Origin: a virus
DNA length: 64,000 nt
Virus record (IMG/VR): IMGVR_UViG_3300020281_000010
Direction: 5' to 3' (one strand)
In this document: positions 18,227 through 28,405 of the stretch, in pieces
Layout of the letters: each line of letters begins with the position of its first letter
Position numbering within the stretch: the stretch's first letter is position 1
Notes under the pieces: model-generated
What the model was told of the DNA's origin: nothing
Database searches by the model: none
Seen by the model: only the letters and a program-made list of their open reading frames with translations
Program-made: the position numbers and the translations under genes

Positions 18227-20703
18227 GTTCAGTCTATACAAACGTAACACTGCTAGGTGATGCTATCCTCTGTCGTGGATATGAGGATGGTGTCCCTATT
18301 TCCTATAAGGAGATCATCAAACCTACACTCTATGTTCCATCACCGAAAGGTAAGTGGAAGACTCTTGATGGCGAGAAGATGGCACCTGTCAAACAAGACG
18401 GTGCTAAACGTGCTCGTGAGTTCATCGAGAAGTACAAAGGTGTTGAAGGGTTTGAGGTGCACGGTTACGAGAGATTTGTATATCAATGGATCTCAGAGAA
18501 ATACCCTCACGATATGAGGGCAAACCTAGAACAGATGAAGATCTATACGATTGACATCGAGGTTGCCTGTGAGAACGGTTTCCCTGACACTGAAGCGTGT
18601 CAAGAAGAGATGCTGCTGATCACTATTAAAGATCTTAGTAGTGGCAAGTACATCACTTGGGGTACACGTGAGGCAAAGATTGACACAGAGTATCGTGTCT
18701 TCTTTACTGAACAGGAGATGTTGTCTAACTTCCACACTTGGTGGGTAGAGAACACTCCAGATGTGGTGACTGGTTGGAACTGTAATCTGTACGACATCCC
18801 CTATATCTGTCGTCGTATTGAACGTGTGCTAGGTGAGAAGTGGCAGAAATCACTATCACCTTGGAACAAGGTCAATATGCGTGAGGTATTCATCAAGGGA
18901 CGTAAGAATCTTTCTTACAATATCCTTGGAGTTAGCATTCTGGATTACCTTGATCTATACCGTAAGTTTACATATACCAATCAGGAATCATATCGTCTTG
19001 ACCACATTGCGTTTGTCGAACTAGATGAACGTAAGTTAGATCATAGCGAGTTTGAAAACTTCAAAGCGTTCTATACTGAGGACTGGCAGAAGTTTGTTGA
19101 ATACAACATCCACGACGTTGAACTAGTAGATCGTCTTGAGCACAAGATGAAACTACTAGAACTCGCTGTGGTTATGGCATACGATGCCAAGGTAAACTTC
19201 GAGGATGTTTACTCTCAGGTTCGTATGTGGGATACACTCATCTACAACTATCTGAAGGAGCGTAAAATCTGTGTCCCTCCAAGACAAGAGAGCAACAAGA
19301 ACGATAAGTACGCAGGAGCATACGTCAAAGAACCTGTACCAGGTCTATACGATTGGGTGGTTTCGTTTGACCTTAACTCTCTGTATCCTCATCTCATTAT
19401 GCAGTATAATATTTCGCCTGAGACCCTCCTCGACAAGCGTCACCCCACCGCCTCTGTTGATGGATTGCTCAATCAAGAAGTATCCATCGGGAGTGGAGAT
19501 TACTGTGTGTGTGCCAACGGAGCACAATACAGGAAAGACATCCAAGGATTCCTCCCTGAGATGATGCAAAAGATCTACGATGAACGTGTGATCTATAAGA
19601 AGAAGATGATCAAGGCGAAGAAAGAATTTGAGAAGACTGGTAACAAAAAGTTACAAGATGATATTTCTGCCTTCAATAATATACAGATGGCGCGAAAGAT
19701 CCAGTTGAACTCTGCATATGGTGCCATCGGTAACCAATACTTTAGGTATTATAACCTAGCGAATGCTGAAGCAATCACTCTTTCTGGGCAGGTTTCTATC
19801 CGTTGGATTGAAAACCGTATGAACGACTACCTAAATAACTTACTCAACACGGAAAAGGAGGATTATGTCATTGCATCTGACACTGACTCAATCTATCTTA
19901 ACCTTGGACCTCTTGTTGATAAATTTTTTAATAGTAAGTCTGGCGATAAAGCAGCAGTTGTGGGGATACTTGACAAGATCTGCCAAGAAAAGATTGAACC
20001 CTACATTGATAAGTCTTACGCGGACCTCGCGACGTATGTATCGGCGTATGACCAAAAAATGAAAATGAAGAGGGAGACCATTGCCAACAAAGGTATATGG
20101 ACTGCCAAGAAAAGATACATTCTCAATGCCTATGACATCGAAGGAGTCAGGTTTGCTGACCCTAAACTTAAGATGATGGGTATTGAGGCAGTTAAATCAT
20201 CCACACCTGCTGCCTGCAGGACAGCAATTAAGGATGCTATGAAGGTGATTATGAATGGTACCGAAGAGGATACACAAGAATTCATTTCAAACTTCAGAGA
20301 CAAGTTCGAGAAACTATCAGCAGAAGAGATTGCATTCCCACGTGGATGCAATGGTCTGTCAAAGTTCTCAAATCCTGCTACAATATACTCAAAGGGAACT
20401 CCTATCCACGTGAGAGGAGCACTCCTATACAATTTCTATATCAAGAAGAACAAACTATCTCACAAGTTTCCTCTGATTCAAGAGGGTGAGAAGGTCAAGT
20501 TCCTCTACTTGAAGACCCCAAACAAAATCCAAGAGAACGTTGTAAGTTTCTTTCAGACTCTGCCGAAAGAATTTGGTCTTGACAAGTCCATAGATTATGA
20601 CCTACAATTCCAGAAGAGTTTCCTTGACCCACTACAGGTTATTATGGATACTATCAACTGGAAAGCAGAGAAGATTGCTAACCTAGACGAATTTTTCCTA
20701 TGA
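18223..20703 (+). CDS. g43: DNA polymerase gp43 (family B), TTG start
   Basis: Exo DIEV; [23 protein letters not shown]; no intein-sized insert. Confidence 0.98.
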   Translation: MSSVYTNVTLLGDAILCRGYEDGVPISYKEIIKPTLYVPSPKGKWKTLDGEKMAPVKQDGAKRAREFIEKYKGVEGFEVHGYERFVYQWISEKYPHDMRANLEQMKIYTIDIEVACENGFPDTEACQEEMLLITIKDLSSGKYITWGTREAKIDTEYRVFFTEQEMLSNFHTWWVENTPDVVTGWNCNLYDIPYICRRIERVLGEKWQKSLSPWNKVNMREVFIKGRKNLSYNILGVSILDYLDLYRKFTYTNQESYRLDHIAFVELDERKLDHSEFENFKAFYTEDWQKFVEYNIHDVELVDRLEHKMKLLELAVVMAYDAKVNFEDVYSQVRMWDTLIYNYLKERKICVPPRQESNKNDKYAGAYVKEPVPGLYDWVVSFDLNSLYPHLIMQYNISPETLLDKRHPTASVDGLLNQEVSIGSGDYCVCANGAQYRKDIQGFLPEMMQKIYDERVIYKKKMIKAKKEFEKTGNKKLQDDISAFNNIQMARKIQLNSAYGAIGNQYFRYYNLANAEAITLSGQVSIRWIENRMNDYLNNLLNTEKEDYVIASDTDSIYLNLGPLVDKFFNSKSGDKAAVVGILDKICQEKIEPYIDKSYADLATYVSAYDQKMKMKRETIANKGIWTAKKRYILNAYDIEGVRFADPKLKMMGIEAVKSSTPAACRTAIKDAMKVIMNGTEEDTQEFISNFRDKFEKLSAEEIAFPRGCNGLSKFSNPATIYSKGTPIHVRGALLYNFYIKKNKLSHKFPLIQEGEKVKFLYLKTPNKIQENVVSFFQTLPKEFGLDKSIDYDLQFQKSFLDPLQVIMDTINWKAEKIANLDEFFL

Positions 20704-21722
20704 CTACATCCTTTCTAAAAGACATTATTAAAGACATCGGCAATGACTACGCTTCAGTTGTTAGCGACGGGGTTGCTGCAGGTGATGTGTCTTCTTTTGT
20801 TGACACTGGGTCTTATATTTTCAATGCCCTTGTTAGTGGTTCGATTTATGGAGGTTTGCCTTCAAACAAGATCACCGCTATTGCAGGAGAGAGCAGCACT
20901 GGGAAAACTTTTTTTACTCTTAGTGTCGTTCGCAGTTTCTTGGAGTCTAATCCTGACGGTATTGTACTATACTTTGAATCTGAATCTGCTGTCTCCAAAG
21001 ATATGCTAGAGAGCAGAGGCATCGATGCTAATCGTGTTGCTGTTGTACCTGTCACGACTGTGCAGGAGTTCAGAACACAGGCACTCAAGACTCTGAAGAA
21101 CTATTCTAAGATGGATGAGTCAGAGCGTAAACCTATGATGTTCTGTCTTGACTCACTTGGTATGCTTTCCACTAGTAAAGAAGTATCTGATAGTGAGGAA
21201 GGTAAAGAGACTAGAGATATGACACGTGCACAGGTTGTTAAAGCAATCTTCCGTGTGCTGACTCTGGAACTTGGTCGCTGTAATGTACCTCTGATCGTCA
21301 CCAACCATACATATGATGTAGTAGGTGCGTATGTTCCAACCAAAGAAATGGGTGGAGGATCAGGTCTTAAGTATGCTGCAAGCACAATTATTTTCCTGAG
21401 TAAATCTAAGGAACGTGACTCCAAGAAGGAGATCGTTGGTAATATTATTAAGTGTACGACTGCAAAGTCACGCTTCACAAAAGAAAATTCAAAAGTAGAA
21501 ACGAGGTTATTCTATGACGCAAGGGGATTGGACAAATATTATGGACTATTGGAACTGGGTGAGAAGTATGGAGTCTTCGAACGGAGGGGGAATAGGGTTG
21601 TGGTTGGTGAATCTACCGCTTTTCCTTCTGTGGTTCTTGCCTCTCCTGAGAAATATTTCACAGAAGAAATAATGGCAAAACTTGAGGAGGCAGCGAAGCA
21701 GGAGTTCGCATATGGATCCTAA
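20700..21722 (+). CDS. uvsX: RecA-like recombinase UvsX
   Basis: [26 protein letters not shown]. Confidence 0.95.
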   Translation: MTTSFLKDIIKDIGNDYASVVSDGVAAGDVSSFVDTGSYIFNALVSGSIYGGLPSNKITAIAGESSTGKTFFTLSVVRSFLESNPDGIVLYFESESAVSKDMLESRGIDANRVAVVPVTTVQEFRTQALKTLKNYSKMDESERKPMMFCLDSLGMLSTSKEVSDSEEGKETRDMTRAQVVKAIFRVLTLELGRCNVPLIVTNHTYDVVGAYVPTKEMGGGSGLKYAASTIIFLSKSKERDSKKEIVGNIIKCTTAKSRFTKENSKVETRLFYDARGLDKYYGLLELGEKYGVFERRGNRVVVGESTAFPSVVLASPEKYFTEEIMAKLEEAAKQEFAYGS

Positions 21723-22269
21723 TAATTTTATTAAGGTCTATGATAATGCCTTACCCAAGGAAGTCTGTACTAATGCAATCAGATTATTCGAGGAAGAAGA
21801 ACTCGATGTCTGGGATAGAGACGGTCGTCCTACGTTTGCACAGTTCAACATCACTGAGTGCATAGAAAAAACTGAGAACAAAGACTGGGATATTATCCAG
21901 TCAGAATTCATCAAGTCTGCACACGATTACATCCAAAAATATATGGATGACTGTGACTGCAGGCAATACTTTCCACAAAGGACATCACTTGAACAGTTTA
22001 GAATCAAGAGATACAAACCAGATACAGATGATCAATTCAAATGGCACGTTGATGTGGGTGACCACGAGTCTGCTAAGAGAATGCTCGTACTGTTCTGGTA
22101 TCTAAATGATGTGGAAGAGGGTGGAGAAACTGAATTCAAACATATGAAAGTTACTCCTAAGTGTGGTAGACTATTGGTGTTCCCTCCCACGTGGACTTAC
22201 CCTCACGCAGGATTACCTGCAATCTCTAACGCAAAATACATCGCGGGAACTTACATTCATTATGTCTAA
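21712..22269 (+). CDS. 2OG-Fe(II) oxygenase (prolyl-hydroxylase-like)
   Basis: [34 protein letters not shown]. Confidence 0.85.
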   Translation: MDPNNFIKVYDNALPKEVCTNAIRLFEEEELDVWDRDGRPTFAQFNITECIEKTENKDWDIIQSEFIKSAHDYIQKYMDDCDCRQYFPQRTSLEQFRIKRYKPDTDDQFKWHVDVGDHESAKRMLVLFWYLNDVEEGGETEFKHMKVTPKCGRLLVFPPTWTYPHAGLPAISNAKYIAGTYIHYV

Positions 22270-23638
22270 TTCTGTAGAAGATCTAGTTGTTGCATCTTTG
22301 CTGCATAATACAGACTTCACTAGGAAAACTCTTCCTCATATCAAAAGAGATTACTTTGAAAACTATAATAATAAGGTAATCTTTGAGGAACTCTCTTCAT
22401 ATTTTACTCAGTATGATAATCTTCCTACAAAGGAAGCATTGCGTATTGAGATTGAGTCACGTAGTGATCTAAATGAAACTACATTCACTGAAGTAAAACA
22501 AACACTCGATCTTGCTACTGAAGAACCACACGAAATTGACTGGTTGGTACACACCTCAGAGAAGTGGTGTCGTGATCGTGCTATCTACAATGCACTCCTA
22601 GAGTCTATCCAGATTGCTGACGGTAATTCTGAGACAATGGGACGTGATGCTATCCCTTCTATTCTCTCAAATGCTTTATCCGTTAGTTTTGATAATTCTG
22701 TTGGGCACGACTACCTTGATGATGCTGATCAACGGTATCAGTTCTACCATAGGGTAGAAGAAAAGATTCCTTTTGATATTGAATTACTCAATAAAGTTAC
22801 CAAGGGTGGTCTATCTAAGAAGACATTGAACGTAGCACTTGCAGGTACAGGTGTTGGTAAGAGTTTGTTTATGTGTCACTGTGCTGCTGCTAATCTTGCT
22901 GCAGGATATAACGTGCTATACATCACGTTGGAGATGGCAGAAGAAAAGATTGCTGAGCGTATTGATGCTAACTTGATGAACATTCCAGTTCAGAAACTAG
23001 AGACACTACCTAAACCAATGTTCGATTCTAAGATCGAAAAGGTTCAAAACAAAACACAGGGTCGTCTCTTGATCAAGGAATATCCTACTGCATCAGCACA
23101 CGTAGGACACTTCAAGGCATTGTTGCAAGAACTTTCTATCAAGAAAGCATTTGTACCAGACATCATTTATGTTGACTACCTTAACATTTGCAGTTCGTCA
23201 CGATACAAAGGTGCTATAGTTAACTCATACACATTTGTTAAATCCATTGCTGAAGAACTACGTGGACTTGCAGGTGAACATAATGTCCCTATCGTATCCG
23301 CTACTCAAACTACTCGTAGTGGTTATGGCAATTCTGATGTTGACCTGACAGATACTTCGGAGTCATTTGGACTCCCTGCTACTGCAGACTTTATGGTTGC
23401 TCTAATCTCTACTGAGGAGATGGAAGAGTTGAATCAAATTATGGTGAAGCAACTCAAGAATAGATACAATGATCCCACAGTAAACAAACGATTTGTTGTG
23501 GGTATTGACAGAGCGAAGATGCGTCTGTATGATTGTGAAGAACAAAAGAAGATCGTGGACTCTGGACAAGAGGAAACGATTGATGCATCTGACATCCTAA
23601 CTTTCTCTAAACAAAACTTTAACGATTTCAAAATTTAA
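22262..23638 (+). CDS. g41: Replicative helicase gp41 (DnaB family)
   Basis: AGTGVGKS, LEMAEE, YVDYLN, SATQTTRSG, SESFGLP, QLKNRY. Confidence 0.97.
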   Translation: MSNSVEDLVVASLLHNTDFTRKTLPHIKRDYFENYNNKVIFEELSSYFTQYDNLPTKEALRIEIESRSDLNETTFTEVKQTLDLATEEPHEIDWLVHTSEKWCRDRAIYNALLESIQIADGNSETMGRDAIPSILSNALSVSFDNSVGHDYLDDADQRYQFYHRVEEKIPFDIELLNKVTKGGLSKKTLNVALAGTGVGKSLFMCHCAAANLAAGYNVLYITLEMAEEKIAERIDANLMNIPVQKLETLPKPMFDSKIEKVQNKTQGRLLIKEYPTASAHVGHFKALLQELSIKKAFVPDIIYVDYLNICSSSRYKGAIVNSYTFVKSIAEELRGLAGEHNVPIVSATQTTRSGYGNSDVDLTDTSESFGLPATADFMVALISTEEMEELNQIMVKQLKNRYNDPTVNKRFVVGIDRAKMRLYDCEEQKKIVDSGQEETIDASDILTFSKQNFNDFKI

Positions 23639-23640
23639 TT

Positions 23641-24207
23641 ATGACTGAGGAAAAAGCAGAGTTTCGGGAATCTGTGAACACAGAACCCGAATCTATGGAC
23701 AACCCTGCTGATCGTATCCCTAAAGAATTTAAGGGACCACAGGGATTCAAAGGCAAAGAAGTTTACGAAAAGCGTAACAAGAATGCCAAGAAGAAAGAAC
23801 CATTCACAGTCGATCTTGCCAACTATCTGAAGTTTGTAAATCAAACTACTAGCAAAGAGTCAAAAGATTTTGACACACTGATGGAACGCTATGAAACTCT
23901 CAAGGGAGAGGGATGTGACATCGAACGTCTTGACACTGCTGCCTCTGGTCTTGTTGCTGAGGGTGGTGAGTTTATGGAGATTGTCAAGAAACTTAAGTTC
24001 CAAGGCAAACCCTGGAATGATGACAACAAAGAGCATCTCATCATTGAACTTGGTGATGTTATGTGGTATGTCGCCCAAGCGTGTATGGCACTTGGTGTAG
24101 GAATCGATGAAGTTATCTTCCGTAACACAGTTAAACTGACCACACGTTATCCTGAGGGTGAGTTTACTGTTGTCAGGTCTGAAAAACGTAAGAAGGGGGA
24201 CAGGTAA
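23641..24207 (+). CDS. mazG: MazG-like nucleotide pyrophosphohydrolase
   Basis: AEGGEFMEIVKK...ELGDVMWY, KLTTRYP. Confidence 0.9.
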   Translation: MTEEKAEFRESVNTEPESMDNPADRIPKEFKGPQGFKGKEVYEKRNKNAKKKEPFTVDLANYLKFVNQTTSKESKDFDTLMERYETLKGEGCDIERLDTAASGLVAEGGEFMEIVKKLKFQGKPWNDDNKEHLIIELGDVMWYVAQACMALGVGIDEVIFRNTVKLTTRYPEGEFTVVRSEKRKKGDR

Positions 24208-24380
24208 TGGGTACAGAAATGCTTGCAGCAAAGACAACACTTGCTATGCTCGGTGGAGCAGTCAGTGCTTGGAACTCTATGTCATATGGAGAGGGATTTC
24301 TCTTCTCTCTATGGATTCTTGGGATGTATTATCTCAAACTAAAAATGGATAAGAGATTCGGGGTTGACAAAAGAAAGTAA
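24207..24380 (+). CDS. Small membrane protein (57 aa; not in ORF track)
   Basis: MGTEMLAAKTTLAMLGGAVSAWNSMSYGEGFLFSLWILGMYY...; coupled to mazG stop. Confidence 0.6.
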   Translation: MGTEMLAAKTTLAMLGGAVSAWNSMSYGEGFLFSLWILGMYYLKLKMDKRFGVDKRK

Positions 24381-24392
24381 GTCGGTTATATT
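24364..24392 (+). promoter_or_regulatory. sigma70-type promoter for ncRNA
   Basis: TTGACA-17 nt-TATATT. Confidence 0.7.
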
Positions 24393-24395
24393 ATA

Positions 24396-24590
24396 GGAGT
24401 CGGACCGATCAACCGACACGGGAGTGACTGAATAACCCTGTTGGAATTAGGCGGGGTAATGTAAACAGTCAGGGGTGGTGCCCGCTCTTCGGAGAAGTCC
24501 TTACCAGGATGACTGTTGTTGTTATGTACTAATTTTCGCACTAGCGATTCCCATAACTTGTAGGTATAATGTATTCCTACCTCCCACACA
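24396..24590 (+). ncRNA. Structured ncRNA, manA-RNA-like
   Basis: About 200 nt non-coding gap after own promoter; GGGAG(24420)/CTCCC(24581) closing stem, GTAGG/CCTAC and GTCGG/CCGAC hairpins, GACTGAATAA and GGTGGTGC motifs recalled from cyanophage manA RNAs. Confidence 0.6.
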
Positions 24591-24609
24591 CCATTACATA
24601 ATCAGGTTT

Positions 24610-25140
24610 ATGAATATCTTCGTTACTGATCCTGATCCAATAGCATCTGCCAGAGTTCTACCTGACAAGCACATTGTCAAAATGCCACTTGAAACCTGTC
24701 AGATGCTTTCTATTGTTGCATCAGAAAAGTGGGGTCACGGTTTCGGTGACCTACCAAAACTTGACGGTACTCCTTACAAAACAGACAAGGGTGCCTTTCG
24801 TAATCATCCCTGTACAGTATGGGCAAACAGTTTTGTGCTCAACTGGCGATGGTTAATCACTCACGGTCTTGCACTGTGCAACGAATACACATTACGCTAT
24901 GGCAAAATCCACTCTTGTCAATCCACCATTGAACACGCTAGTAAAATCTTTCCTACAGGTGATCCTACGGGTCGTAGTGGGAAACATCCTACTCCATTCG
25001 TCAGAGCAATGTTCGACGAGTTCAAACACGACCAGTCGATAGACACATTCACAGCATATAAAAGGTATATCGCTTCAAAACCTTGGGTCAAAGATAACTA
25101 TCTCCGTTTGCCAGAACGTAAACCAGATTGGGTTTCATAA
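24610..25140 (+). CDS. Pyrimidine-dimer glycosylase (DenV)-like family protein
   Basis: MNIFV...LPDKHIVKMPLETCQML, HPCTVW, EYTLRYGKIH. Confidence 0.7.
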   Translation: MNIFVTDPDPIASARVLPDKHIVKMPLETCQMLSIVASEKWGHGFGDLPKLDGTPYKTDKGAFRNHPCTVWANSFVLNWRWLITHGLALCNEYTLRYGKIHSCQSTIEHASKIFPTGDPTGRSGKHPTPFVRAMFDEFKHDQSIDTFTAYKRYIASKPWVKDNYLRLPERKPDWVS

Positions 25141-25161
25141 ATACTTAAAAAGTATAGCGCA

Positions 25162-25995
25162 ATGGCAAACAAGGGATTGCAATTTGAACACGCTGTGATG
25201 TACTCGGCAACGAGTCGTATTATTAATAAGAGTTCTCAGAATCAGAAAGATTTTGAGGATGCCTCAGGACGTATTAGTGGCATCCCAAATGACATAAGAT
25301 CTGCTGCGGATAGAATTGTTGAGTCTATGGCACCTACTGGTAATAATATAGAAGCAAGACAGAAATATTATCAATCATTCCAAAAGATGTCTGGTGGTGG
25401 AGAAGAACCAAAGACAGACATTATGTTTAAGTCGGGTGGTAAGACATACAAATGCTCTATGAAATGGGGCAAGTCATATCAGTTGACATCTGCAGGCATT
25501 GATAAGTCTGTAGCAGTGTTCCAAAAAGTATTATCAAAGACTGCTAAACAATGTGGCGGTGGATCTACTAACGCACAGACACTTGGTTACTTGCAGTTGA
25601 TTCTTGAGCAGATTGGAAATAAATGTGAGAACGCAAAGGGAACTGTTGATCAACCAACAGCAAAAAGAATCCTTTCAGATATTAAAAAGTCAGGTGGATT
25701 GAATGAACAGTTGCAAGAAGTGCTAGGTTCAAAAGCAAAACCTGATGGTGCTGCTGCATATGATTGCTTCAAGTATAATCTTACACACGAGTGTATGACA
25801 GGTGCTATGTTATTCAACAATGATGACAGGGCAGCGTCTCATATCCTCACTGAGGATGGTGTGAAAGAAATTGATGAGAAAGTGGTCAGAGGTGTGATGA
25901 AACAGGCAGGTGTCAGGATGGCACTGAAGGGCAGGGGTAAGGACAAAGTTACAGGTGTCCGTCAAAATGCCATTGTGATCCGATACGAGGTATAA
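25162..25995 (+). CDS. Hypothetical protein, possible PD-(D/E)XK nuclease fold
   Basis: FE...EPKTDI...CSMK pattern; TAAATA late motif upstream. Confidence 0.55.
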   Translation: MANKGLQFEHAVMYSATSRIINKSSQNQKDFEDASGRISGIPNDIRSAADRIVESMAPTGNNIEARQKYYQSFQKMSGGGEEPKTDIMFKSGGKTYKCSMKWGKSYQLTSAGIDKSVAVFQKVLSKTAKQCGGGSTNAQTLGYLQLILEQIGNKCENAKGTVDQPTAKRILSDIKKSGGLNEQLQEVLGSKAKPDGAAAYDCFKYNLTHECMTGAMLFNNDDRAASHILTEDGVKEIDEKVVRGVMKQAGVRMALKGRGKDKVTGVRQNAIVIRYEV

Positions 25996-26002
25996 TAAAG
26001 GT

Positions 26003-27196
26003 ATGGCAAAGCAAAATACCCACCTCGAACACCTTGAAGATGACATCCTAAATCAAGGTTCGAACGGAGGACGAAACGCTATCGCATTCCTCAGAGAACT
26101 TGGCAAGATGCTCACCGAACCTGTATCAGGTGTCGGTGTTACTACCAAATGGGACGGTGCTCCTGCTGTTATTTGTGGCAAGCACCCTACAACTGGTAGG
26201 TTTTTTGTTGGTACGAAGGGTGTCTTTGCTAAGATGCCAAAAATTTGTATGAATGATGAGGATGTAGATAGATTCTACAGTGGAGAACTGGCAAAAAAAC
26301 TAAAGATGTGCTTGCGTCTCCTCCCTCAGGTACCTATGAAAGGTGTACTGCAGGGTGATTTGTTGTTCACCAAAGGTGATGTGTCAACAAGGAAGATGAA
26401 TGGTCAGAAGTGTCATACTTTTATGCCAAACACCATCACATATGCTGTACCTGTTAACACACCGATGGGTAAGAAGGTAGCGACAAGTCAACTTGGTATT
26501 GTATTTCATACCACATATACTGGTGGTCCTACACTCAGGGATATGAAACCTGGGTTTGGTGTTGATGCAAAAAGAATGCAAGCATCACCCAACGTTGCAG
26601 TGTTTAGTTCAGAGTTTACAGATGCCACAGATGCATCTAGGTTTAATGCTGCAGAGAGAGGTAAGTATGATCTGCTAGTCAACCGTGCTGAAGGTTCTCT
26701 CAAGCAAGCATCTAGATTCTTGGACATCCTACAGGATCAAGGAGAGGGTAAGTTTATGCTCTCTGCTATGTTCAAAGTTTATTTCAACTCATTTATTCGT
26801 ACTGGTAAACCTATTGTCAATGCACAGAAAGTTGCAGCAGGATTCGCTGCATTCTATTCAGCAGCACTAGACAAAGAGATTCAGTCTAAGAAACAAGAAG
26901 CAACTAAGAAAAAATATCAGACCATCAAAGCAAACGGTCTGAAGTTTCTAAAGTCAAACGGACGTGCTGTGTATATGACTGTCGCATCCTATATGAATTT
27001 GATCGCTGCTAAGACTGTAGTTGTCAAACAACTAGGAAAAGTCCAAGACATCGGTACATATATTAAGACACCCAATGGTTACAGAGTCACTGCACCAGAG
27101 GGTTTTGTAGCGATCAAGTCAGGTTCTGCCCTCAAACTTGTCGATCGTTTGGAGTTCTCTAGAGCGAACTTCACAGTAGAAAAAAATTGGGGGTGA
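26003..27196 (+). CDS. Conserved cyanophage protein with ligase-like KxDG motif
   Basis: HLEHLED, TTKWDGAPA, LQGDLLF, PEGFV, KLVDRLEFS. Confidence 0.65.
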   Translation: MAKQNTHLEHLEDDILNQGSNGGRNAIAFLRELGKMLTEPVSGVGVTTKWDGAPAVICGKHPTTGRFFVGTKGVFAKMPKICMNDEDVDRFYSGELAKKLKMCLRLLPQVPMKGVLQGDLLFTKGDVSTRKMNGQKCHTFMPNTITYAVPVNTPMGKKVATSQLGIVFHTTYTGGPTLRDMKPGFGVDAKRMQASPNVAVFSSEFTDATDASRFNAAERGKYDLLVNRAEGSLKQASRFLDILQDQGEGKFMLSAMFKVYFNSFIRTGKPIVNAQKVAAGFAAFYSAALDKEIQSKKQEATKKKYQTIKANGLKFLKSNGRAVYMTVASYMNLIAAKTVVVKQLGKVQDIGTYIKTPNGYRVTAPEGFVAIKSGSALKLVDRLEFSRANFTVEKNWG

Positions 27197-27226
27197 TAAA
27201 TAGATATGGAAAACACCAGTATATCA

Positions 27227-28384
27227 ATGAAGTTCAGTCAGTTTATAACTGAAGCACGCACCGCTGCAGGTGAGGTTGCTGCTAAGAGAGGTCTCCAACA
27301 CGCAGGTCACGGTTACTATGCCGATAGGCAGGGTAACATTGTTGCTAAGTCTGAGGGAGGTAATCGTCTGGTGCCTGTCGATGGTAAAGAGGCAGAGCAA
27401 GCAAAGATAAATTCCGATCAAGGAGCAGCAGAAGACGAGCATATCAATAGTGGTGAAGGTCTGGGTACTATCGCTCTAACCTTTGGACGTTTTAATCCTC
27501 CTACTGTTGGTCACGAGAAACTACTGAACACTGTATCTGAACAGGGTGCTGACAACTATAGAATCTATCCATCACGTACTGTGGATCCTAAAAAGAACCC
27601 ACTAGAACCTGATGTTAAGATTGATTTTATGACAAGGATGTTCCCTAATCACGCTGACGCTATCGTCAACGATGGTGATATGTCTAACATCTTCAATGTA
27701 CTTTCCAACCTCAATCAGGAAGGTTACTCAGGTGTAACAATGGTTGTTGGTTCTGACAGAGTATCAGAATTCAAATCATTGCTTGAGAAATATAATGGTC
27801 AGGCATATGACTTTGAAGAACTCAATGTGATCAGTGCAGGAGAAAGAGATCCTGATGCTGAAGGTGTAGAAGGTATGAGTGCATCCAAGTTGCGAGCAAT
27901 GGCAGCAGCGGGTGACTTAGAAGGTTTTACCCAAGGTGTCCCTGGTGGGGATGTCAAACTTGCTGAACAACTAATGATGGAAGTTCGTGCAGGTATGGGT
28001 ATCGTTGAACAGGAACAGGAAGAGGTTGCTGAACTTTGGGACATCGCTCCTAAACTTGACGCAGAGAATCTTCGTGAAGCGTTCTTCGAAGATAAAGTAT
28101 TCCCTATGGGTTGTATTGTCGAACACCTAGACACAGGTATTAGAGGTACAGTCATTAGGAGAGGAACTAATTATGTAATCTTTGAAACACCAGAGCATTT
28201 CAAATTCAATGTCTGGTTAACTTCTATTATGGAAGTAAAAGAACTGCATAAGTCAGCAGACGATGGCAGTGGAAATACCTGGAAGGTCGGCACTGATACA
28301 TATAGACACGCAGTCCAAGCGATGACACCTGGACAGTTGGTCAAAAAGTTCAGTGACTTCAGAAAAACAGGGTCAACTAAATAG
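27227..28384 (+). CDS. Cytidyltransferase-like (HxGH) nucleotidyltransferase
   Basis: FGRFNPPTVGHEKL, VVGSDR, SAGERDPD...MSASKLR; start chosen by spacing from late promoter (alternative 27206). Confidence 0.85.
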   Translation: MKFSQFITEARTAAGEVAAKRGLQHAGHGYYADRQGNIVAKSEGGNRLVPVDGKEAEQAKINSDQGAAEDEHINSGEGLGTIALTFGRFNPPTVGHEKLLNTVSEQGADNYRIYPSRTVDPKKNPLEPDVKIDFMTRMFPNHADAIVNDGDMSNIFNVLSNLNQEGYSGVTMVVGSDRVSEFKSLLEKYNGQAYDFEELNVISAGERDPDAEGVEGMSASKLRAMAAAGDLEGFTQGVPGGDVKLAEQLMMEVRAGMGIVEQEQEEVAELWDIAPKLDAENLREAFFEDKVFPMGCIVEHLDTGIRGTVIRRGTNYVIFETPEHFKFNVWLTSIMEVKELHKSADDGSGNTWKVGTDTYRHAVQAMTPGQLVKKFSDFRKTGSTK

Positions 28385-28405
28385 TATTACGCAAATTTTC
28401 GACAG

